Of a stretch of DNA of 64,000 nucleotides, positions 1 through 9,603 are shown in pieces (position 1 is the stretch's first letter; each line of letters begins with the position of its first letter). The stretch is taken from NCBI RefSeq assembly GCF_018977255.1, contig NW_024704743.1, forward strand, positions 6,698,001 to 6,762,000, in the 5' to 3' direction. The notes under the pieces are model-generated. The model made no database searches, was not told the origin of the DNA, and saw only the letters and a list, made by a program, of their open reading frames with translations. This DNA is from Callorhinchus milii (lineage: Eukaryota). A program made the position numbers and the translations under genes.

Positions 1-53
1 TGTCCTTTCCCCTCCGCTCCACCATTAATGGTTGAGCCTTCAGTCACTATGAA

Positions 54-405
54 GGCTCATAATAATCCCTCCAAAACAAGAAAACAAAAATAAATTGGTC
101 ATTTTCAATCTACGACTGTTTGTGGGACATTGCTGTGCGCAATTGGCTGCCGCGTTCGCCCACAAATATACAGTCAATTCACTTTACAGTGTGTTCTGTG
201 AAGCGCTTTGGGACATCCTTCCGACGTGAAAAGCGCTATATCAAATGCAAGGATTATTATTATTATTATTATTGCTGTGCGCAATTGGCTGCCGTGTTCG
301 CCCACAAATATAGTCAATTCACTTTACAGTATATTCTGTGAAGCGCTTTGGGACATCTAGCAGACGTGAAAAGCGCTATATCAAATGCAAGGATTATTAT
401 TATTA
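54..405 (+). mobile_element. 5'-truncated young SINE followed by a second 3'-half copy, inserted in an L2 3' end (1-53 and 406-610)
   Basis: Two consecutive ...AAAAGCGCTATATCAAATGCAAGGA(TTA)n ends. L2-like sequence resumes after 405. Confidence 0.88.
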
Positions 406-3400
406 TGTTTCTCACCTCTGAAACTCCTTGCCTCTATCCCTCCATTTTGCCCCCTTTCTTGCTGTCTTTAAACCCCTCTTAAAGCCTGCCTCTTCAATCA
501 CATCTATAATCATCTCCCCTCCCTCTTCTCCCTTGATTAGTATCAACCCACACAGTGAAGTGTTCTGAGACACTATCCTATGTGAAGAACACTATATAAA
601 TGCAAATTGCTGTATATTTATGTATTCAATTTGTTGCTGTGATAGTACACACTCTGGGAGCAATGTGTATTTAAGGATTGAAGAAAATTAACCTGTTCTC
701 CAATCATCGTCATGACTAGTTACTATTGAGTGATATTCAAATTAGCTTTCACCATCAGGTTTCAATTACCCATTCTTACCAATGGGAAACTGACAGTGAC
801 CCACAGCAAATATTCTTCCTGCTTGACAACTGAGTAATGTCTTGCAGGAAATTTGGGTCTGCCTCATTTACTTGGCATTTGGATCGAAAAGAGGTAACGC
901 AGCGATTTAAGTTATATAAATAGAGAAGGGCTACCATATTGGAATTAATTTAATTAAAAAATTATCCATTAGTAAAATTCTGCTTAGAGAAGACAGATGT
1001 CAGCCTAAGCAAAGTCAAAAAGATATCACTGTACCACACATTAGACTTTTAATTATATTTTTAATTATAGTAATAATATAATTAAAATATATACTGGACT
1101 AATGGATATACTACAGGACTGTGGAACCCTGTAGCATATTGGTTAGAGCACTCGCCTCGCAAATGAGAAGACCTGGGTTTGATTCTCGGGCGGGGCGAAA
1201 CCTAAGGCAAGCTTCCTTAATCCACACCTAGCAGTAATTAGGAAATAGATTGCTAGTCGATTGGTGGATTGCTTTTCGGGGGGAATAATCCCTTCAAAAA
1301 AAAATTTAAAAAATAATAATTTGTTTATTTAATTATAGTAATAATAATATAATTAAAATATATACTGGACTAATGGATATGCTACAGGACTGTGGGACAC
1401 TGTTGTGCCCAATTGGCTGCCGTATTTCGCCCACAAAATATAGTCAATTAATTTTACAATATATTCTGTGAAGCGCTTTGAGACGTCTCGAAGAAGTGAT
1501 AAGGCGCTATATCAAATCCAAGGATTATTATATTATTCCAGCACTTTCTCCTACTTTGACTAATCAGAACAATGTTTCTGTACTGGAAAATGTTTATATC
1601 TAGTACTACTTTTCTTTGTACATCTATATTACATAAGAATTGAGCTCCTTTAAATAATAATGAATAATAATAATAATCCTTGCATTTAATATAGCTCCTA
1701 TCACATCGTTGAGACGTCTCAAAGCACTTCACAGATGCTGATCATAAACTGCAAGTTGTACATCCAAAAATTCCATCTGGATCATCAGTGCCCTGTTTCT
1801 TGGTATAGAAATCATCCTAGTGCACATTCGAGTCATTGTATCATCACTTAGGAATTGACTTACTTTGATCATTTAAAAATACTATTGCCAGCTCCTGGTA
1901 AACACGCAACAATCTAAACCATTTTGATTAAAGAATTCCATTGCACTAAATGACTTCCTGATCGTTCTTATTATACGGAATTCCTTATCTAGTCTTAAAA
2001 TAGAAACAAAGCATAAATTATCCTCAATATGCCATGATTTTAGAGCTCAGTGTAACAGTAAGTACTGCGTGCCACTTTAATTCTAAATCGCTTCATATTC
2101 TCTGTCATTATGACAGTGAGATTCCAGCTGTAGTGCAGGCTGCATGACCATAAACTAAACATGTAACAGTCTCATGACTTGGTTTTGGTGGTTAGGTTCA
2201 TGAGTGCCAATATTGGGAAGATGCAGGAAAGCAAATAGTCAGAGCCCAGTTGAAGGTTTAAAGCAGAATTGAGGTTGAGAATGTTATGGTTCTGCAAGGC
2301 ACCATGAATTGAAGAGAGAAACTGGGGAGGTTGATCTGTCAGTACCAGTGCAGAGGAGGCAATAAAGGAAGCTAAGTTGGATAGTTTCAGTATTGTTAAA
2401 TACAAATTATAACACATATCATATGATGAACCAGATAAATACCAAAGTCATGTCTATTGAAGATTTAATTTATTTGTGCAATCACATTTTAACAGATCCA
2501 AAAAATATATATGATGTGGTAAATTAAAAATTTACTGCTACCAAAAACTATAACTCACTTGTTAAAATAGTGGAGCAAGGTCAACATAGACATGGGACAA
2601 AGGTACTTAAATTGGTTATGATTCCATAAAATACATCAATGTCAAGCAAGGCTCTTACCTCACTCTGAGCAATTTCAGCTGTTGTTTGTTTGCACTACTC
2701 CTAAACAAGATAGAAGAGGCAGTTCTGGGGTGAGTTCTGAATTTGGCCCTGAGGTCACAATTGCTTGTTCAGATGGACATTAAAAATCCCATTGCACTGT
2801 TCAAAAAGAGAACTGAGTTTCACCCTGTGTCCTGTCAATTCCACTTCTAGATAGATTGATCATTCACTTTATGGCTGTTTATGGGACCTTGCTGTGCAAG
2901 TAGGCTTACAAAAACAGTTAATACCCATGCCAAAAAAGCTGAATCTATTTGTTAATATGATAAGCTGCTATAGAAATTAATTTCTTTCTTCCAGCAAAAA
3001 TATTAAAGTTGCTGATGACACCAAGCAATGTGGAGATTGACAGCATTCAAAGGGACCCAAATAAATGGATGGGCAAAGTCATTTGGATTCAATGTGGATT
3101 AATTAATATATTAAGCAATGCTGCCCTGCATATTACATTTACTTAACAGATAACAGGGAAGAGTCTATTTATTATGTAAGAGACATACATTATTCTAATC
3201 CACAAGATCCCAAAATTTGTTCAGAAGAGGCTCATCTAATCTCATCCTTCCAGAATACCCATTCCTCTGTCCTTCTATCACAGCATCAAACTTTTTTAAA
3301 AATAAATTCATTGTCCTGAACTCGACCACATTTCATGGCACCCTGTTCCAGTCATTAATTACCCTCTGGATAAGGAAAGAATTCCTGGTATCTGTCCTGA

Positions 3401-3519
3401 AAATGCCTTCAAAACTCTAAGCCTATGTTTTCTTGTCTTCAATTTTGGTGCATTCTGAAGTATTGTGCTGGATTTACTTTTCCAGTCAAGTATTGACAGT
3501 ACCGAATGGAACCGCAGTT

Positions 3520-4692
3520 CAAATATTCTGCCCATCGTGCCCATGTTGACTCTTTGAAAGAGCTGTCCAAATAGGTCCTACTCCCCCGTTCTCTCCCCAT
3601 AGCCTTGAAAATTTGTCCTCCCCAAATATCTATCCACTTCTCTCTTGAAAGTTGTTATCGAATCTGCTTCAACCACCCTTTTAGGCAGTGCATTCCAGAT
3701 CCGAATAACTCACTGTATAAAAAAATGTCTCCATCTCCGATCTGGTTCTTTTGACAACTATCTTAAATCTGTACCCTCAGGTTACTGACCCACCTACCAG
3801 TGGAAACAGTTTCTCCCTGTTCACTCTTATCAAATCCCATCATAATTTTTAACACCTTTATTAAATCTCCCCTTAACATTCTCTGCTCCAAGGAGAACAA
3901 TTCTAGCTTCTCTCGTCTCTTCCCATAACTCAAGTCCCTCATTCCTGGTACCATTCTGGTAAATCTCCTTTGCACCCTCTCCAAGGTCTTGATATCCTTC
4001 CTAAAGTGTAGTGCCCAGAACTGAACACAGTCTCTCGCTGAGGCCTATCCAGTGTTTTATAAAGGTTCACCATAACTTCTTTACTTTTGTATTCTATGTC
4101 CCTATTTATAAAGCCAAGGATCCCATATGCTTTTTTTTAAAAACAGCTTTATCTGCCTGTCCTGCCACCTTCAAAGATTTGCTTATATGAACCCACAGGT
4201 CTCTCTGTTCCTTCGCCCCCTTTAAGATTCTACCATCAGCTTATATTGCCTCTCCTCATTCTTCCTCCCAAAATGCATCACTTTACATTTCTCCGTATTA
4301 AATTTCATCTGCCGCGTGTCTGCCCATTTAACCAGTCTGTCCAAGTCTTCCTGCATTCTGCTACAATCCTCCTCACCGTTTCCTACATTTTCTAGCTTTG
4401 TATCATCTGCAAACTTGGAAATTGTGCTCCCTATACCCAGGTCCAGGTTATTTATATGGATTAAAAGAGGATTGGTCCTAAATAAATTGGTCCAAAATCC
4501 CCTGGGGGATACCACTGTATACTTCCCTCCAGTCAGAAAATCAACTGTTCACCACTACTCTCTGCTGTCTGTCTCCCAGCCAATTATGTAGCCATGCTGC
4601 CACTGTCCCTTTAATACCCTGGGCTTCAATTTTGCTAACAAGTGTATTATGTGGCACTTTATCAAACGCCTTTTGAAAATCCATATATACAT
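3520..4692 (-). mobile_element. CR1 LINE 3' fragment (decayed RT plus 3' UTR)
   Basis: ORFs contain ISKFADDTKL, QMKFNTEKCKVMHFGRKN, ERVQRRFTRMVPGMRDLSY and LFSLEQRMLRGDLI. Confidence 0.92.
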
Positions 4693-5844
4693 CAAGACTT
4701 CTGGAATGTTTATCTTCAGCTGCCCACTAGGAGGCAGTAGTTGCTCTCCAATTTTCCATTTCTCTTTTGACAAAGGTATTGGTCACCATGGCAATTCTAA
4801 CACTGGCAGCAAGAGTGAATTCACAACTAACTCAGTAGAAAATGTGAGCATGAAACCCATATCATAGTACTTTGTGTTACAGCAAATTGGTGATCTAATA
4901 TTCTTAATATTTGTTTTAAATATAAGAAAAGGAAGAGAATTGTCTTCATTTTCAAATCCAAACCAGTTTTAAAGAAAGGAGGCACACAACATAATTAAAC
5001 TGTTTCTAAAAATTATTACATAACCATTTACATCTCCATTAAATTCTTTCAGAATTCAGAATTTGGCCAAGATAATAATAAAAATAATAATCACTGCACT
5101 TGGTATAATGCTTTTCACATTGGGAGAACTTCTCAAAGGTCATCACATGATTTTACTGTAAACTGTAGTGACTATGTATTTTGTAGGTGAATGGCTCTAA
5201 AAAGACGATTGAAAATTTAATTTTTAAAAACGTATTGCAAACATTTGCAGTATATGAATTGCTAGGAAAATCTACTTTAAAAATATCACTGGAAGTTCAG
5301 AATCTCTGCTGCCAGTGTAAACTTGTAATGTGGTAGATTCACTAGAGTGTAAAATTACACTGGCAGAAAAGGTATACACTTTCAGCAAAGCTGTTGGGAT
5401 GGCTATTCCTGCTTTCTCTAGTTACTTAGCATCCCTGAAAAGTCTTAATTGAAGAATCTGTGCCCTCTGCCCCTAATAAACTTCCAAATGTCTGTGGTCA
5501 ATATGGGTTTTGCAGTTCACCATCACTTAGTAATTTTGTTTTCCTTCATGGGCTCATTGTTTGATTACAAGCATTTATCATAATATATATTGTGTAAGTA
5601 AACATGTATATAAGGAAACTTGCCTAGATAAAGAATGGATGTCCATTTCCAAAGGTAGAATGGGTGAAGGATTTGAGTGTGAATCTTGACCATTTCACTA
5701 TCGTGAATCTGTTGTGAAGAAGATCTATCAAATACATTTTCCTTTGAGATGGCAATGAAGTATTCAGGCACAGCAGGCCAGCAAAGAAATGGGGAGAGAC
5801 TGAACATAGAAATTGTTGCAAAGAATAGCGAACACATAAACAGA

Positions 5845-7053
5845 ACAATAACAACAAATTAAATTTGTAAAGCGCCTTTCAGTTTGGGAGGACATTAGAA
5901 GGTTATGCTTGAAGGCTTAGTTGAGGAAGGGCAGGAGAGGCTCATGTGGAGCATAAACACCGGCTAGACTAGTTGGGCCGAATGGCCTGTTTCTGTGCTG
6001 TATAGTCTAATGTATTCTAATGTATCCCCAGGTGCTGGACAGTCAGGGAATGGACCCGAGCAGGGGTTTGGGGCCAGCGGGAGTGGAGGGCAGGGAAAGT
6101 AGGGATAGGAGGGTGGCCGAATGCGCAGTCGAAGAGCAGGGTCTTCAGACATACTTTGAAGAAGGCAAGGGAGGGAGCAAGATGAAGGGACTGGGGGATG
6201 GAATTCTGAAGGGTGGGGGCAGAGAAGCTGAAACCCCGACCGCCGATATTGGGGTAGTCTTGGTGGGGGACATGGAGCAGGCTGGAGCCTGGTGAATGGA
6301 CAGCTTGATATAGGGTTAGCAGTGGTAGGAAGAATCAAGGCCATGGAGGGCCTTGAAGGTGAGGATGAGGATTTTGAACTCTATCCTCTGGGGGATGGGG
6401 AGCCAGTGGAATTGGGCAAGGGTAGGCATGAAAGGGTCACAAAGACTGGTTCGGGAGAGGACACAAGCTGCAGAGTTCTTGTGGTGGGAAGAGTTTGGAA
6501 GATCGACAAGCAGGGCGTTGGCATAGGCAAGCCTAGGTGTAATAAAAGCTTGAATGAGGGTTTCAGCGGCCAGAGGTGAGAGCCAGTGGCGAAGCCAGAG
6601 AGTGTTGCGGAGGGGGGGGGAAGCAGAGGGGGTCATGGCATAGATTTGGGACAGAAAGGACAGTTGAGGATCAAACAAGATGCCAAGGTTCTGGACTGGC
6701 TCGGTGAGGTGGAGTGTGCATAAATGGATGGAGATGCTGCCAGTGCCTGAGGTGTGGAGGTGCTGACAGGAGCCAATCAGGAGAACCTCCATCTTATTGA
6801 TATTCAACTGGAGAAAGTTAGCTCTTATCCAGGATTTGATGCCTGACAGACATTCAGTCAGAATAGTAGGGTCCCTGGAGTCGAGGGTGAAGGTAGAGAG
6901 ATAGAGTTGGGTGTCATCCGCACACATGTGGATGTGGATGTTGACCCTATGTCTGCGGATTATTTCACCATGAGGGAGCATGTAGATATTGAAGAGGAGG
7001 GGACCAAGAACAGAGCCCTCAGGAAAGCCGCACAAGACGGTGAAGGGGCTGGA
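5845..7053 (-). mobile_element. L2-clade LINE 3' fragment (degenerate RT), copy 1
   Basis: ORF 6316..7035 contains GSVLGPLLFNIY, CADDTQLY (degenerate YADD), LQLNINK, NLGILFD and HWLPIPQRIEFKIL. The (GTT)n-type tail lies near 5845. Confidence 0.9.
5896..6024 (+). mobile_element. CR1 3'-end fragment inserted into the L2 tail (duplicated at 7407-7535)
   Basis: GGGCCGAATGGCCTGTTTCTGTGCTGTA followed by a (TTCTAATGTA)-type tail, matching the CR1 3' end at 29200-29330 in reverse orientation. Confidence 0.85.
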
Positions 7054-7355
7054 TCAAAAATCAAAAATTGTTTGATTACAAGCATTTATCATAATATATA
7101 TTGTGTAAGTAAACATGTATATAAGGAAACTTGCCTAGATAAAGAATGGATGTCCATTTCCAAAGGTAGAATGGGTGAAGGATTTGAGTGTGAATCTTGA
7201 CCATTTCACTATCGTGAATCTGTTGTGAAGAAGATCTATCAAATACATTTTCCTTTGAGATGGCAATGAAGTATTCAGGCACAGCAGGCCAGCAAAGAAA
7301 TGGGGAGAGACTGAACATAGAAATTGTTGCAAAGAATAGCGAACACATAAACAGA

Positions 7356-8730
7356 ACAATAACAACAAATTAAATTTGTAAAGCGCCTTTCAGTTTGGGA
7401 GGACATTAGAAGGTTATGCTTGAAGGCTTAGTTGAGGAAGGGCAGGAGAGGCTCATGTGGAGCATAAACACCGGCTAGACTAGTTGGGCCGAATGGCCTG
7501 TTTCTGTGCTGTATAGTCTAATGTATTCTAATGTATCCCCAGGTGCTGGACAGTCAGGGAATGGACCCGAGCAGGGGTTTGGGGCCAGCGGGAGTGGAGG
7601 GCAGGGAAAGTAGGGATAGGAGGGTGGCCGAATGCGCAGTCGAAGAGCAGGGTCTTCAGACATACTTTGAAGAAGGCAAGGGAGGGAGCAAGATGAAGGG
7701 ACTGGGGGATGGAATTCTGAAGGGTGGGGGCAGAGAAGCTGAAACCCCGACCGCCGATATTGGGGTAGTCTTGGTGGGGGACATGGAGCAGGCTGGAGCC
7801 TGGTGAATGGACAGCTTGATATAGGGTTAGCAGTGGTAGGAAGAATCAAGGCCATGGAGGGCCTTGAAGGTGAGGATGAGGATTTTGAACTCTATCCTCT
7901 GAGGGATGGGGAGCCAGTGGAATTGGGCAAGGGTAGGCATGAAAGGGTCACAAAGACTGGTTCGGGAGAGGACACAAGCTGCAGAGTTCTTGTGGTGGGA
8001 AGAGTTTGGAAGATCGACAAGCAGGGCGTTGGCATAGGCAAGCCTAGGTGTAATAAAAGCTTGAATGAGGGTTTCAGCGGCCAGAGGTGAGAGCCAGTGG
8101 CGAAGCCAGAGAGTGTTGCGGAGGAGGGGGGAGGCAGAGGGGGTCATGGCATAGATTTGGGACAGAAAGGACAGTTGAGGATCAAACAAGATGCCAAGGT
8201 TCTGGACTGGCTCGGTGAGGTGGAGTGTGCATAAATGGATGGAGATGCTGCCAGTGCCTGAGGTGTGGAGGTGCTGACAGGAGCCAATCAGGAGAACCTC
8301 CATCTTATTGATATTCAACTGGAGAAAGTTAGCTCTTATCCAGGATTTGATGCCTGACAGACATTCAGTCAGAATAGTAGGGTCCCTGGAGTCGAGGGTG
8401 AAGGTAGAGAGATAGAGTTGGGTGTCATCCGCACACATGTGGATGTTGACCCTATGTCTGCGGATTATTTCACCATGAGGGAGCATGTAGATATTGAAGA
8501 GGAGGGGACCAAGAACAGAGCCCTCAGGAAAGCCGCACAAGACGGTGAAGGGGCTGGAGGAGAAATGATTTGTGGAGAAAAAGTGGAGATGGTGTGAAAG
8601 GTAGGATCTGAACTAGTGAAGGGCAGAACCATGAAGGTTGAAGTGAGAGGAGAGGTGGTGGAGGAAGATAGAGTGATCAACGGTGTCAAAGGCGCAGAGG
8701 GTTCAAGGAGCATGAGGAGACAGAGGGAGC
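7356..8730 (-). mobile_element. L2-clade LINE fragment, copy 2 (extends further 5' than copy 1)
   Basis: ORF 7827..8540 has the same motifs. Sequence continues to an SAPLTPLIT/AFDTVDH-like region near 8700. Confidence 0.9.
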
Positions 8731-9245
8731 TCTAGTCATAGATTGATAAAATATAATTTGTCACTTTTTGTGCTGTGGGTAGTGAAAGAGGGGCATGGGC
8801 AATTGGGTGCAGAGATCAATAAGGACAATAGGCAGGCGCTCAGTAGGAAAAACCTGGAAAAAGGTGGGAAGGTGGAGAAAGAAAACAAAAAAACTGATGG
8901 ATTGGGCGAGTGTGCTGTGCCTGAAATAGTAAAAATGTTTTGGAGAACAGGAAACCAAATGCAATTCCATACCTCATCATTAAAATTGCAGCTTCAAAAA
9001 TATCCATAAATTAACAAAGAAAAATCATACAAATAACAGATGATTGCAGTGATGGCCGAACAATTGCCAAGTCCTCCTACACACAAACTAGTGATTGTTT
9101 GCTGATTCTACAAAAAATAAACCTGCATATTTGACAGCATAGTTAAAGATTACTTAAAGACAGCTATCGAGTTACATTTTAGCTTGGAGTTCTCTGAATA
9201 CTAATCTTACTTAATATATAACATATAATACTTAACATATAACAA

Positions 9246-9603
9246 GTGGAGTCCTGTAGCTCAGTGGTTAGAGCACTCACCTTGCAAGCGAGAGACCTGG
9301 GTTCAATTCCCAGCAGGGCGAAACCTTGGGCAAGTTTCCTTACTTCCACATGCCTCGGTTTACTTAGCAGTAAGTAGGAACCCGGTTGTTAGATTGGCGG
9401 ATCGCTTTTCTGGGGGTAATAATTCCTTAAAAAAGTAAATTGGTCATTTCAATCCATGACTGTTTGTGGGACACTGCTGTGCGCTGCAGCGTTTCGTCCA
9501 CAAAATATACACTTAATTCACTTTAAAATATATTCTGTGAAGCGCTTTGAGATGTCTCACTATATGCGATAAGGCACTATATCAAATGCAAGGATTATTA
9601 TAT
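9246..9603 (+). mobile_element. Full-length SINE, long subfamily (extra central segment)
   Basis: Same head and tail as the short subfamily plus TGCCTCGGTTTACTTAGCAGTAAGTAGGAACCCGGTTGTTAG. Related copies at 1121-1536 (+), 30755-31102 (-) and 57691-58007 (+). Confidence 0.9.

Larger units (their letters stand above)
5556..8558. repeat. Near-identical tandem duplication: copy 1 at 5556-7053, 13-bp filler, copy 2 at 7067-8558
   Basis: The ORF track repeats with a 1511-bp offset. The copies differ only by a 6-bp indel (GATGTG near 6930) and a few substitutions. Confidence 0.97.

Noticed and set aside
120..341. Recurrent small ORF MWDIAVRNW...KCKDYYYY (also 36487 and 57344) as a gene family
   Set aside because: It is a translation of the SINE body and (TTA)n tail, starting at a non-ATG codon.
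2659..2700. 42-bp minus-strand exon candidate (ttgtttag|...GAG|gtaaga; SSANKQQLKLLRV)
   Set aside because: Good splice signals, but it lies next to or within a decayed SINE, and I cannot link it to any other exon or known protein.
5306..5366. Short inverted repeat CTGCCAGTGTAA...TTACACTGGCAG as a pre-miRNA
   Set aside because: Only a 12-bp stem with a poorly paired interior. A related motif near 4800 suggests an old MITE remnant.
6316..7035. 239-aa RT-like ORF as an active retrotransposon or domesticated gene
   Set aside because: 5'-truncated L2 with the catalytic YADD changed to CADD, internal deletions and no endonuclease domain.
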